A stretch of 64,000 nucleotides of DNA from Eledone cirrhosa (Eukaryota): contig OZ024742.1 in the NCBI GenBank assembly GCA_964016885.1, forward strand, positions 294,872,001-294,936,000, read 5' to 3'. The translations under genes and the position numbers were made by a program. Shown here piece by piece: positions 13,853 through 27,693 of this stretch; the stretch's first letter is position 1, and every line of letters begins with the position of its first letter. The notes under the pieces were generated by a model. That model had not been told where the DNA came from and searched no databases. It worked only from the letters and a program-made list of their open reading frames with translations.

Positions 13853-14175
13853 GGAGGCACATGGCTTAGTGGTTAGAGCATTGGCCTTGCAATCGGAAGG
13901 TTGTGAGTTCAATTCTCAGACCGGGTGATGTGTTGTTTCCTTGAGCAAGACACTTTATTTCACAGTTAACTCAGCTGTAGAAATGAGTAGAGCTGAGTAA
14001 ACTGGAGCAATATGAAATAAAGTGGTCGTGGAGGTGCCACGGCAACAAAGCACCCACCACTCACTGAAAATGAGGTTGGTGTTAGGAAGGGCTTCCAGCT
14101 GTAGAAATCAAGCCAGAATCAGTTCCTGCAAGCAGGGAAAAAGCGGACGTAAAATGAAATGATGATGATGATGAT
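13853..14175 (+). mobile_element. tRNA-derived SINE family A with RTE-derived 3' tail (internally deleted copy)
   Basis: A-box tggcttagtgg, B-box gagttcaattc. Tail gcaagcagggaaaaagcggacgtaaaatg(atg)n matches the RTE family A 3' end. Confidence 0.8.
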
Positions 14176-14218
14176 ATATATATATATACATATAGTCTAT
14201 ATATATATATATACACAC

Positions 14219-14442
14219 CAGTGGCGAAGGGTAACCTGCAAAGCAGGGCATGCAGTCCAATCGTTTGACCCTCCCGGTCAAAGCTGCATATAGTGTTATA
14301 TAGTGTGTGTGTGTGTATCTGTTATCTTTTTATGTGTCTACGATTTAGTAAGCAGCCAAAATTCTGCTTGCTTCAACCGACGCAATTGATCAACTCAAGA
14401 TTCTATAACGCATGTGTTGCATGCACGCACCCTTCGCCCCTG
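14219..14442. mobile_element. hAT-type MITE
   Basis: TIRs cagtggcgaagggt / acccttcgcccctg; 8-bp TSD atacacac / atacacat. Confidence 0.7.
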
Positions 14443-15289
14443 ATACACATATATACATGTATATAGTCTGTTTACATTTATGTGTTCCTAAGTGTGCGCG
14501 TATATGTCACCTAAAAGTATGCTTATAAGTTTTTATGCTTATCGGAAAATGTTTCAAGGGACAAGATGTCTTCTATAAGTAAATTATTTTTTTAAGACCA
14601 CAGAGAACTGCTGGTATGTTCCATGAGTAAAAATGATATATATATATTTTTTTTACAATTGTATCGACATAATCCCTATTTATACTGACGTATCTCTGAA
14701 TGTATCACTGCACAATTTACATTAAGAACATTATAAGGAAACAAAGGCAGAGTGCAGTACACTGTATATTTGTGTGTGTGTGTGTATAACTACAGTAAAC
14801 TGTCCCAACCTCAGTCTGTTTCCTCACAACTTCCATAAAATTGTATATTTTGCAGATATATTTTCCAAATGTGTGCATTACGAGTATGGTAATAGAAATT
14901 TTTAAATACAGTCACTTTCATTCACAGAAATTACCGGAAATATTTGTATGTATCAGTCCAGATATTTTGCCACCATTTTTGCGTAGATGTTGAAGTTGGT
15001 GAAAATCAACAAAATATTTGTTTCTATTTTAGGCACAAGGCCAGCAATTACTCAGTTCATTACTGGTACTTTATTTTATCGACCACGTAAGGATGAAAAT
15101 CAACAAAATATTGACCTCAAATATATCAGAACAGAACCCCTTATTTTAGTCACATATTTCTCAGATAGTATATATGGTTTATATATAAATATATATATAT
15201 ATCCAGGGAGTGTAACTTGGAGTTACTCTAGGTTCACTCGATGTTTAGGTTCACTTCAGTGACGAGGTGTAGAGCTAGACAGAGTGTAT

Positions 15290-15452
15290 TATAGTGAAAT
15301 AAGATAACAAGGACGATTGGTTATTCCTTCATTACGTTTATTGGTTGGTGACGCGCGTTTCGCCACTGATCAGCTCAAGGCGAAACGCGCGTCACCAACC
15401 AATAAACGTAATGAAGGAGTAACCAATCGTCCTTGTTATCTTATTTCACTAT
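15290..15452. repeat. Near-perfect ~75-bp-arm palindrome centred on an HHR remnant
   Basis: 15290-15364 mirrors 15379-15452. The centre reads CTGATCA-gct(caa)ggc-GAAA-c(gcgc)g-TC at 15366-15393. Confidence 0.75.
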
Positions 15453-15554
15453 ATATATATGTATTTCGTCGAAATGGCTTGAGCTCTGCCGTCGGCGTCC
15501 TGACTCTTTTCCTATATATAGAGAGAGAGATAGATAGGTAGTTAGATAGATAGA

Positions 15555-16160
15555 TATATTTCTTTATTTGCTACAAGGGCGCACAAGAAAAGGGGACAAT
15601 ACAAAGACATGCCGGGGATTTTACATACAGTCGTGTAAAAATATTATTAAAACAAACAAATTTAACAATCGAAATCCCCAATAGGGGGGAGGCGTTACAA
15701 ATGGGTTGTTTAATACCCCGTCGATAGAACAACCCTCAACTTCCGGAGCATGTTGTGCAAGTTCTCCTTTCTTCCTTTTGCTCTCTTCTTCAACCTACAG
15801 GTTTATATACAGAGAAGGCCCAATCACTCGGGCCATTTTTGCTACATTCACCCATCTTTCAGTAAATTTACTGGGGTGCAGTGCCTCTCTCTCCACTCTG
15901 ATTCTCTTTCTAAACTGGTACCTAAAGAAGGGAATGAGTTGTTGTCCGGAGAGAAAGACATCTGTCCTCAGACCTCTCAATCTCGTCCACCATATAACCT
16001 TTTTTACCATAGCCACTATACAGAGGAAAACCGCCTATCTTTCGTTTTTGAAAGAAGTTGGCGGTTTGATCCTTACTATGGACTCGGCAGTCAACTGGAT
16101 TTCTCCCATACGTGATAGCAGTTGTTCTGCATAGTTCCACAGGTCAGTTACGCCCAGGCA
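15555..16160 (-). mobile_element. 3' fragment of an L1/Tx1-like LINE
   Basis: C-terminal peptide AMVKKVIWWTRLRG..F..RW resembles Tx1/L1 ORF2 ends. aataaa is followed by a (TATC)n tail. Confidence 0.5.
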
Positions 16161-19100
16161 GTGTAGGTAGTTAGGTAGGTAGATCTATCATAAGCAACCT
16201 ATATAGTATGAACATTAATCTGTGCTATCATCATCACCAACAACAAAACTGTCATCAACAACATTATCATCCTCCTCCTCATCATCACCATTTAACATGT
16301 TTTCCCTCCTAGCATATACATTTTATTATAGCACTAGAACAAGGGAGATTATCATGCCTCTGGTACAAGTGAAAAGTCCCTTTACTCTTTGTTTTGAAAA
16401 TTTTCTATAACTGAAATATCTTTTTTTTTCACCAACGACTTTACAAAGTGTACTGGGTATATTTTCTGTGACCTCCCAGCACAAGTGTAGCTTGCTTGCC
16501 ATGATTGAAGTATCCTCTCAATCCTTTTTTGGCATAGTTTCTACTGTTGGAAGCCCTGCCCAAAACCAAACCACCCCACAGAATGTACTGGGTGTGCCTC
16601 AATCCATTTGACAGGCTTCCAAACAGTTTACATCTATCCAATTTCACTCTCAAGGTTTGGATCGACCCAAGGCTGTGGTGAAATACTTGCACAAGATACC
16701 GCATAATGGGATTGATGCCAGCACCACATGATTGTGAAGTGAACTTCTTGACTATTTGGCCATGCCTGAACCATTGAATAACAATTACAGACAACTACAA
16801 ACGAATGAAAGTGACTGGGTGAGAGAAGTGATGGAAGTAAAAGTGGAAGGAAGTAGAAGGGAAGACCAAGAACTACATAGCTGAGGGTGATAGAGGAGGA
16901 AATAAATGTCATGGGTTGGTGAAGAGAAATACTGAGGATTGAGCAAAATGAAGCTGTCATGGGGCGCACAACACTAATCCTTGTTTTTGCAGGAAAAATG
17001 GCCTTAAAACACTGGCTTTGTTACAGACAGTTGTAGGGAATATTAAGTAGTATAAACTCAAATAACAATATTCAGTGGCTGTTATATATAAGAAGAAAGA
17101 AGTATTTTAACTTAATCTCTTTTAATCCCTTACACTTAGGGTCAAAATTCAAATGAACCCTACTCAAACTTTTTTATAAAAAATATTACAATTTTAATAT
17201 AATTATAGAATCTATCTTCACAATATTCATATCTATAATGTTTTGATCAGCTTGATCCCTGATCTTTACTAGGTGTTTTATTCCTGGATCTATCAAACAT
17301 GCTCCACTGGGTATATAATGTTTGCGTCCATGGACCATGAAGCACAGATCAGTTGAGAGTAAAACTGAGTGCAATGTGAATCAGAGCTAGTGTGCAAGAG
17401 AGAAGATTGCACTGGTATGGATGTATGATGTGAATGAATAATGATTATTGAGTAAAGAGTTGCCAGTTCTAAATGGAAGGAAGATGTGGTAGAGGTAGGC
17501 GAGGGAAGACTTAAGTAGAAGTGATAAAAACTGATCACGGGATGTTGAACCTCATGAAGGAGATGACAAAAACAAAAAGGAGACAAATAGAGAAATGCTG
17601 TGTTGGAGGACGGACATCTAGATCATTGAAGCATTGAAGAACAGAAATAACAATGATGATAATTGTTTCTACTTTAGGCACAAGGCCAGCAATTACCTAG
17701 TGCATTACTGGTACTTTATTTTATCGACCCCGTAAGGATGAAAGGCAAAGTCAACCTCGGCGGGATTTGAACTCAGATCGTAAAGGGACGTAACTATGCT
17801 GGAAAGCATGGCGTCCGACCCTCTACCGATACTGCCAATCCACCGCAACGATGATGATAATAATAATAATAATTTCTACTTTAGGTACAAGGCCAGCAAT
17901 TTGGGGGAAGGGAAAGTTGATTAAATCGACCCCAGTGCATTACTGGTACTTTATTTTATCGACTCCGTAAGGATGAAAGGCAAAGTTAAGTTTGGCAGGA
18001 TTTGAACTCAGAATGGCAAGGGCCGTAACTCTTTGCTGCAAAGCATGGCGTCAGACTCTCTACCAATACTGCCATCCACCATGATAATAATAATAATAAT
18101 GGAAATTATTGTGTACAGTGCTCAGGTGCACTACAACTCATCAAAGGTGCATGTATAGTGATGATGATGATAACGATGATGATGATGATGCCAATGATGA
18201 TGTACATATTCCAAAGTTGGATTTGAACAAGGACACTTTGTTTCTAAATTATGAGTAATAACATTATATCCACTTGTAAGCCCACATGTAAAGACATACA
18301 CATCTCAAAATACAAAGTGAACAGACCAGAAAATTATAATCTTCTTAACAAAAACTTATTTCAGACATTTACGTATTTAGATTGGCCTCAGAGGAACTAG
18401 GATTATATCTTATTGTTGTTTTTCTACCCAGATTAACTAATTAAGAATCAATTATAGAACTTCAATGATGGTAAATTTAGCGTAATTCATTTGAATAAAT
18501 TAACATATATTAAGCATATTTCCAATTTTACTATATTTATAGTGAAAGATATATTACCTATGTTTTCAAATTATTTCTAAAATAATCTAGCATTTAGCAG
18601 AATTCAGTAATATAACTAACTTTCTCATTATTAAAATGGCAGAATAGGTAGAGAGTCCGACATCCTGCTTTGCAGTATAGAGTTACGGCTCTTTACGTTC
18701 TGAGTTCAAATCCCGCCGAGGTTAGCTTTGCCTTTCATCCTTACGGGGTCGATAAAATAAAATAGCAGTAATACACTGGGGTCGATTTAATCAACTTTCC
18801 CCTCTCCCAAAATTGCTGGCTTTAGGCCTCTAGTAGAAATCATTATTAAGCTGGTATTTGGAACATAAGTTAATAATGGTTCCTATAAAAAAATGTTGAT
18901 GGAAAGTTTCTTGTGGGTGGTTTCAGGCAGTTTGGCATCAAAAGGGTTAAAATACTGATTGATAATTAATAACAAAGTGAAATCTTTGAAAATCAATATT
19001 TTGAAAACTTACAAAATCAGGATTTCATGTTGCAAACATTGATAAAAGATGGATGTGAACACTATTAAACCATGATGTTCGGATAAGTATTACATTTGGT

Positions 19101-19359
19101 GTAGTCATGATACAGCTCCTTAATATAACATATAGCATAGTTGTGACATAGCTCCATCATAGAACATGTAATATAATTGTGTTACAGCCTCATACTAGAG
19201 AAGAGCTTACAATATCTTAAACTACTGCTTCTAAACATTAACACTTCTCTCTGTATTTACATATGTAATGTTTGTTTTATTTTTATATGTATGTATGTAT
19301 ATATGTATGTATGTATGTATATTTTCATGCATATGTGTGTGTCCGTCCCAGTGTATATG

Positions 19360-19401
<42 letters not shown>

Positions 19402-20234
19402 TTAGAGTATATGTTAGTTTATCACTGACACTTTAGTATGTAGGGTAGAACACTCGACGAAGTAACATACACATATACATGTACATACACATACACACAC
19501 ACACACATATATATATACATACATACATATACATACATATATGTGTATGTATATGGCTATATATGATGTTTGTATATGTGTAACTTATATGCATGTATGT
19601 AAGTATGCACCTGTGTATGTGTATGTATGATTGTATATATGATTGTATATATATACATATGTATATACATATATATTAGTTAAGGTGTTACCAAGAGCAC
19701 AGCAAGTCACTACGTCTGTATAAGCTGATTAATTTGTACACAATCAGCTAATTAGGTTATAATCTATATGAACTTACCTAAAAAGAGATTTATTATTGTG
19801 ATAGTGGTGGTGTTGGTGTGTGATGTAAGAGACTAGACAGAGAGAGAGGCAGGGGGAGCGGGGAAGAGAGAGAGAGAGAGAGAGAGAGAGAAGGATATAT
19901 ATTTATAACATAATCATCATCATCATCATAATTATCATGCTTTTATGTCCGTTTTTCTATGCTTGCATGGGTTGGATGAGTCTTTTCACCCACAGCTTCT
20001 TTTCACCTACTGCGTTCCTTCTTCATCTCCTCTGTCAGGTTTAGTGTTTTGAGATATCCTCTCACCACCTCTGCTCAGATCTTCCTTGGCCACCCTCTAC
20101 TGCAGCTTCCTTCCACTGGGAACTCCTGGCACTTCTTTATCCAACAATCATCATCCATTCTCCTCACATCTCCATACCAATGCAGTTTTCTCTTTTGGAC
20201 ATTACATTTATAATAATAACAATGATAATTAATA

Positions 20235-20710
20235 TGGTTGTGTACAGTGCTCAGGTTCACCACACCTCATCAAAGGTGCAGGTATAGTACATAGAGTAAT
20301 GTACAAATGTCAGGAAAGTGAACATTGTATGAGTCAAGATATACACACAGAGCGTGTGTGTGTATGGAGGGGGAATATCAGGTGTAGTGTTGGCGAATTT
20401 CAGGAAGCATAGAAGTTTGGAAGGATGCAGTGTCCCAACAGCTAACAACCGATGCAGGTAGTTTCTTCCATGCTTCAGCAACTCTGAGAATGAAAAAATG
20501 TTTCCGAAAGTCATGGGAGCTGTGCTGTTTTCTGATTTTGTAAGCATGTCCATAGGTGTTAGACACATGGAATTCAAAAAGGTACTCAGGTTTATTGTTG
20601 GTTAGATGGTTAATAATTTTGTGAGTGTCTACCAAGTCAGTTGCCAGACGTTGGAGCTTTAATGTATCCATGCTCAGGGAAGCAAAGCACTCAGAGTATG
20701 GTAGATTCTT
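20235..20710 (-). mobile_element. CR1-clade LINE 3' fragment inserted into a decayed RTE (about 19915-21150)
   Basis: LQRL..DL...HKI..GH.YKI....RKHFF..RV...W..LP..VV is a typical CR1 C-terminus. RTE remnants flank both sides. A shorter + copy is at about 29585-29890. Confidence 0.8.
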
Positions 20711-21404
20711 CTTATACCCATTTTTTTCTCTCAGTCCATCCATGCTATGCCATTCATGCATATTATCATCACACATTCATCAAAGCATACTCACTTCATT
20801 TCTCTGCAGCCACCAAATATCCTCTGTATTTACTGCTCATGTTTCACTTTTATGCAACATCACACTTTGCATGCAAGTATCATACAGCCAGCCTTTCATT
20901 TGTGGAGAGAAACTTTTTGTTGTGAACATAAGCAGTAGTTCTCTGAACATTTTCCAGCCTGTTCTTGTTCTAACTACAATACTTTCAGAGCCACCTCCTC
21001 CATTGTTAATTCAGCCACTTAGGTAACAGAAGCTATCAACTACTTCTATGGGGCTTTCCCAGGATTGGAGAAAGTTTATAACATTGGGGCCCTTACTACT
21101 AACTACCCCTGTACATCTACATACAAAATGTTCATTTTCTGTTAGTCTGCCTACAATCTCACTACCTACCATTTTACTATGTTGATTGTGTATATTTTAT
21201 CATGCCACTGTTTTGTTTGCTTTGTTAGTTCTGTTTGCCTTTTGCATATATATATATAAATATCATCATCAATATCATCATTTAACGTCTATCTTCCATG
21301 CTAGCATGGGTTAGACGGGTTTGTCCTATTTAGAGGTGACCGTGTCTCGCTCATATAGGACTGTTTCTGGCTGGTTCTCTATAGCTGGATGCCCTTTCTA
21401 GCGG

Positions 21405-21450
<46 letters not shown>

Positions 21451-21595
21451 TTTTTGCTCTACATGGCTGAATATAATAAATGTAATCTGAGTTTTTTGAA
21501 TATTAATAATAACATTCGATTTGTTTGCAATTATGCAAACGAGCCTCATTTTTAAAGCCATGTCAGTAAAATGGGCCCCTCATTCTTGCTCTTGT

Positions 21596-22013
21596 GTTGG
21601 CATGTAAACAGAACTAATGTTTCTGGGTATTACCCTTCATCAGTACAGTTCACTGTTCACCTGCCAACTGTCAGAGCTAGTGAAAATATATGATATTTTC
21701 TAAAATATACAGTGACTGATTGGCCTGATTTGTATACATTTATTGTATTCAGCCATGTAGAGCGAAACATTTTTTTTTTATTTGAATGTGGCAAAGCTGG
21801 CCATTGATCGCTCGTATACAGAAAACCGACTGGCCAGTCTGCTGATATGCAAATCTGGCTGATCAGTGGATCTGCTAATATGCAGATCTGTATATTTTAG
21901 AAAATAGGATATATTTTCACTAGCTCTGACAGTTGGCAGGTGAACAGTGAACTGTACTGATGAAGGGTAATACCCAGAAACATTAGTGTCTGCAGTTCTG
22001 TTTACATGCCAAC
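21596..22013. repeat. Inverted repeat (~120-bp arms) whose arms are HHR copies
   Basis: 21596-21712 mirrors 21887-22013, except for a 9-nt deletion in the left arm. Confidence 0.85.
21932..22013 (+). ncRNA. Type I hammerhead ribozyme, intact core, extended stem I
   Basis: gttggca-g-gtgaaca-gt-gaactgta-CTGATGA(21957)-a-gggt(aat)accc-a-GAAA(21977)-ca(ttag)tg-TC(21990)-tgcagttc-tgtttac-a-tgccaac. Confidence 0.85.
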
Positions 22014-22348
22014 ACGAGCAATTCGGTAATTTTTCTAGGTTGATTTAAAAAAAAAAAAAATGAGTCATTTAGTTTACATTTTGATACCCCAACCCATTCT
22101 ATTTATTTTATAATGTATGAAATTTCTTGTAATGTACTTTATTATCATGTATAATGTTTTTTAATGTACAAAGAAAATTAATTGCCGCAGGAATGCTACC
22201 TCTTAAAATAAAATTTCGCCAGAGATAGATTACCAAAATTTAATAAGCGGAGGAGGAAATAAAAATGGGTGGTTTGTTGGAAAAAATCCGAAAGTGAATT
22301 ACTGGGGGTGGGGGGGAGCGACAATTATTGGAGACCTGAGAGTACATA

Positions 22349-23652
22349 CGAGGGGGGATCAAAAAGTTCGCGGAATTTTTCAGAAAATATTCTATTTTTC
22401 AAAAAATATGATTTACCTTCAATTTATTTTTCTACATAGTTGCCATCCAGGTCAATACACTTCACAAAGCGATGCTTCCAGCTTTGTAAGCCGTCTCTAA
22501 AGAAATTTGAAGGCCTTGTTCGAAGCCATGTGTTGGCAGTGTTTTTAGCTTCTGCAACACCACTAAAACGGGTTCCTTTTAGCATTTCTTTGAGTTTTGG
22601 AAAGAGGAAAAAGTCTGATGGGGCTAAATCTGGACTATAAGGTGGGTGAGAAAGCACTTCCCATCGAAATTCTCGAAGAACTTCTTTTGCAACCTGCGCA
22701 GAATGCGCTGGTGCATTGTCATGGTCAAACAAGATCCCACCATGAAGCTTCCCTTTTCGTTTCTTGACTAATGCCTCTTTCAGCTTCCTTAAAACATTTG
22801 CATAGTAAGCTCCTGTCACAGTTCTTTGACCTTCAAGATAATCTATTAGTATCACCCCATCTGAATCCCAGAAAATGGTGGCCATCACTTTTTGATCCGA
22901 CTTTTGAGATTTGAACTTGATTGGCCCTGATGATCCACGTGGAAGCCACTGTTTTGACTGCTGTTTGGATTCAGGATCATACTGGTAGATCCAGGTTTCA
23001 TCTCCAGTGATGATTCTGGTCAGGAAATGCTCTTCATCAACTTCAATTTTGTTTAATATCGCCAAAGACAGATCACTTCGAAGAATCAGCTGATCAGGGC
23101 GCAACGCTTTTGGGACCCATCACGCTGAAAGCTTGCTTAGTCCCAAATTATCGTGCAGAATTGAATTTGCCAAACCATATGAAATTTCTAGGGACTTAGC
23201 TAACTGATTAACTGTTATTCTTCGATCTTCTTCAATTAAAGTCTGAGCAGCCTCAACGTTTTGGTCATTTTTTGATGTTCCTAGTCTTCCACTGCGATGG
23301 TCGTCTTCAAGGTCATCTCTTCCTTGTTTGAATCGCTGAATCCACTTGTAGACAGCAGTTTTCTTTGGAGCAGTAGTACCGTAAACTTTAACTAAAGCCT
23401 CCATAATCTGTGTCCCTTTCCATTTGAGTTTCACCAGAAACTTGATATTCGATCTTATCTCAAAATAACTATTTTCCATTGTTCCAAAAAGAGGTTTTTT
23501 AAAGAGTGTCAGTACTTTACAATAGTCCGCGCATAACTGACTGCAAGTGACTAATAGCAAGGTAAACACCATGTTCTGACATGTTTAATATTGTTTTAAC
23601 CTATTTTTTTCTTACTACAATAAAATTCTGCGAACTTTTTGATCCCCCCTCG
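22349..23652 (-). mobile_element. Full-length mariner (DD34D) DNA transposon, 1304 bp
   Basis: 31-bp TIRs cgaggggggatcaaaaagttcgc(g/a)gaatttt with one mismatch; TA TSD on both sides. Confidence 0.95.
22424..23479 (-). pseudogene. Mariner transposase with a single in-frame nonsense codon
   Basis: MENSYFEIRS...; motifs WVPK, TGDETW, HDNA, YSPDLAPSDF. The two listed ORFs are in the same frame, separated only by TGA at 23122-23120 (SA*WVP, normally SARWVP). Confidence 0.92.
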
Positions 23653-23917
23653 TACATACATACATATGTGTATGCGTGCATGTATAAATATATGTATATC
23701 TATTGAGAGAAAGAGAGAGAGAGTGTGTGTGATGTCACAGAGATAAGAGAGAAAGAAGTGACCCAGAGGGGAAAGAGAGCAAGAGAGAAAGGTAAGATGG
23801 AGAAAATGGAAAGTGAGAGAGAGTTGGGAAAGGGAGGTGTTGAACATTGTTTTACCTTACATAAGCGATTAGCCACAGCTTGCAACTTGATATTTATATC
23901 AGTTAAAAACACATTAT

Positions 23918-26552
23918 AGTGTAACCAGAATATGGTACATAATACCATGTACATCCTTCCATACATGCAGTGTAACCACCCTTCCATACATGCAGTATAA
24001 CCAGGATATGGTACATAATCCTGTGTACATCCTTCCATACATGCAGTGTAACCAGGATATGGTACATAATGCTGTCTACATCCTTCCATACATGCAGTGT
24101 AACCAGGATGTGGTACATAATGCTGTGTACATCCTTCCATACATGCAGTGTAACCAGGATGTGGTACATAATGCTGTGTACATCCTTCCATACATGCAGT
24201 GTAACCAGGATGTGGTACATAATGCTGTGTACATCCTTCCATACATGCAGTGTAACCAGGATATGGTACATAATGCTGTGTACATCCTTCCATACATGCA
24301 GTGTAACCAGAATATGGTACATAATGCTGTCTACATCCTTCCATACATGCAGTGTAACCAGGATGTGGTACATAATGCTGTGTACATCCTTCCATACATG
24401 CAGTGTAACCAGGATATGGTACATAATGCTGTCTACATCCTTCCATACATGCAGTGTAACCAGGATGTGGTACATAATGCTGTGTACATCCTTCCATACA
24501 TGCAGTGTAACCAGGATGTGGTACATAATGCTGTGTACATCCTTCCATACATGCAGTGTAACCAGAATATGGTACATAATGCTGTCTACATCCTTCCATA
24601 CATGCAGTGTAACCAGGATGTGGTACATAATGCTGTGTACATCCTTCCATACATGCAGTGTAACCAGGATATGGTACATAATGCTGTGTACATCCTTCCA
24701 TACATGCAGTGTAACCAGGATGTGGTACATAATGCTGTGTACATCCTTCCATACATGCAGTGTAACCAGAATATGGTACATAATGCTGTCTACATCCTTC
24801 CATACATGCAGTGTAACCAGGATGTGGTACATAATGCTGTGTACATCCTTCCATACATGCAGTGTAACCAGGATGTGGTACATAATGCTGTGTACATCCT
24901 TCCATACATGCAGTGTAACCAGGATGTGGTACATAATGCTGTGTACATCCTTCCATACATGCAGTGTAACCAGGATGTGGTACATAATGCTGTGTACATC
25001 CTTCCATACATGCAGTGTAACCAGGATATGGTACATAATGCTGTGTACACCCTTCCATAGAAGCAGTGTAACCAGGATGTGGTACATAATGCTGTGTACA
25101 CCCTTCCATAGAAGCAGTGTAACCAGGATATGGTACATAATGCTGTGTACACCCTTCCATATATGCAGTGTAACCAGGATATGGTACATAATGCTGTGTA
25201 CACCCTTCCATATATGCAGTGTAACCAACCTTCCATACATGCAGTGTAACCAGGATATGGTACATAATGCTGTGTACATCCTTCCATACATGCAGTGTAA
25301 CCAGGATATGGTACATAATGCTGTGTACATCCTTCCATACATACAGTGTAACCAGGATATGGTACATAATGCTGTGTTCATCCTTTCCATAGATGCAGTG
25401 TAACCAGCCTTCCATACATGCAATGTAACCAGCCTTCCATACATGCAGTGTAACCAGGATATGGTACATAATGCTGTGTACATCCTTCCATACATGCATT
25501 GTAACCAGGATATGGTACATAATGCTGTGTACATCCTTCCATACATGCAGTGTAACCAGGATGTGGTACATAATGCTGTGTACATCCTTCCATACATGCA
25601 GTGTAACCAGGATGTGGTACATAATGCTGTGTACATCCTTCCATACATGCAGTGTAACCAGAATATGGTACATAATGCTGTCTACATCCTTCCATACATG
25701 CAGTGTAACCAGGATGTGGTACATAATGCTGTGTACATCCTTCCATACATGCAGTGTAACCAGGATGTGGTACATAATGCTGTGTACATCCTTCCATACA
25801 TGCAGTGTAACCAGGATGTGGTACATAATGCTGTGTACATCCTTCCATACATGCAGTGTAACCAGGATATGGTACATAATGCTGTGTACACCCTTCCATA
25901 GAAGCAGTGTAACCAGGATGTGGTACATAATGCTGTGTACACCCTTCCATAGAAGCAGTGTAACCAGGATATGGTACATAATGCTGTGTACACCCTTCCA
26001 TATATGCAGTGTAACCAGGATATGGTACATAATGCTGTGTACACCCTTCTATATATGCAGTGTAACCAACCTTCCATACATGCAGTGTAACCAGGATATG
26101 GTACATAATGCTGTGTACATCCTTCCATACATGCAGTGTAACCAGGATATGGTACATAATGCTGTGTACATCCTTTCCATAGATTCAGTGTAACCAGCCT
26201 TCCATACATGCAGTGTAACCAGGATATGGTACATAATGCTGTGTACATCCTTCCATACATACAGTGTAACCAGGATATGGTACATAATGCTGTGTTCATC
26301 CTTTCCATAGATGCAGTGTAACCAGCCTTCCATACATGCAATGTAACCAGCCTTCCATACATGCAGTGTAACCAGGATATGGTACATAATGCTGTGTACA
26401 TCCTTCCATACATGCATTGTAACCAGGATATGGTACATAGTGCTGTGTACATCCTTTCCATAGATGCAGTGGAACCAACCTTCCATACATGCAGTGTAAC
26501 CAGGATATGGTACATAATGATGTGTACATCCTTCCATACATGCAGTGTAACC
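23918..26552. repeat. 51-bp minisatellite, about 50 units, with higher-order duplication
   Basis: Unit gtgtaaccaggatgtggtacataatgctgtgtacatccttccatacatgca. Variant blocks (cccttccatagaagcag) recur at 25050/25101 and 25891/25942. Confidence 0.97.
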
Positions 26553-27311
26553 GGGATTAATTCCCTGATAAATAATAAAATTGAAGTGAAACTCAACCAG
26601 TGCCTGCGTTTTAATTGGCAGTATGACCCTCCCAAAATACCACATTACTATATTTCACAGCATTGTAGATGCTCTAATGCAATTGGGCCACCTCTATTTT
26701 AAATTGCTAAATTTTGAAAAATAGAGTTTAACAAAAAATTTCTAATGTAACCTTTAGCCTCCAAGATGTAAGATAAATTTTTCCAGACTTGATTTTAGAA
26801 AATCAGTTTTTGTAAGAACCTTTGTTCCAAACATCAACTTGATAATGAGAAATTATTATTTTTAAAATTATTTGAAGCACATAGGAAATATAGTAATGAA
26901 AGTGTCAAACATATTGATACCAAACTGCCTTAAAATTCTTGTTTCTAAAATACAAAGCTATTTGTTTTAAAATGTTTATATTTGTCTAAAAACCTTACAT
27001 CATAATTTTTTGTATGAGCATTTGTTAAGTTATGAACACCAATTTAAAAATGGTTTTTAATTCAGGCCAACCATTTGGGAAGAAGGGTAGTCATTTATAT
27101 CAACCCAGGAAAGAGAAAGGACAAAGTTGACCTCCATGCCAGAAAATACAGTAAATATTTAAATGAATATATTAGAGGATTTAAGGTAAATTTAATCTAG
27201 AGTTCACTACATTAAAATTACCTTAGAGTTTTTTTGTTTTTGTTTTTTTTTGAGGGGTAGGGATTATAAATAAAGAATGAATGAAAGAAAAAGAAAAAGA
27301 CAAACTCTTAC

Positions 27312-27693
27312 CTTATTTTTTTTAATAGACAAAACTGAAGAAGCTTCTAGATTATTCTTGGTAAGAGATATATTCCAATGGTTGTATTTGGTATCTCACA
27401 ATACTTTAGTTATTTTTCATAGCAGCTATGGATATTTCATATAGAAATATGTTATAAATGTTAATAGAATCTTTATATGGTATTTCAATAGGGATTTAGA
27501 ATGAGTGACTTTGTTTCAAGAATGGTAGACTTAATGTGGCACCCTGTTATCCACCACTACCTTTTAGGTGACTTTACTGGAAATACCCTGTTGCAGACAT
27601 TTGGATTAGGTCTCTGGTTTGAAGATATCTTCCTCCCTTCCTCCCACAAAACTTGGGACCCTGAAAAAGATCATGGGTATTGCCCTTGTCTCT
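27312..27693 (-). other. Putative non-coding or decayed exon of the host gene
   Basis: Strong acceptor (ttttctttttactgtttatttag) and donor (aag|gtaaga), but stops in all three frames. Confidence 0.3.

Noticed and set aside
23918-26552. CRISPR array or 776-aa repeat protein gene
   Set aside because: Units are contiguous with no unique spacers and no cas genes, in a eukaryotic context. ORFs occur in nearly all frames and shift frame at short units, as expected for a VNTR.
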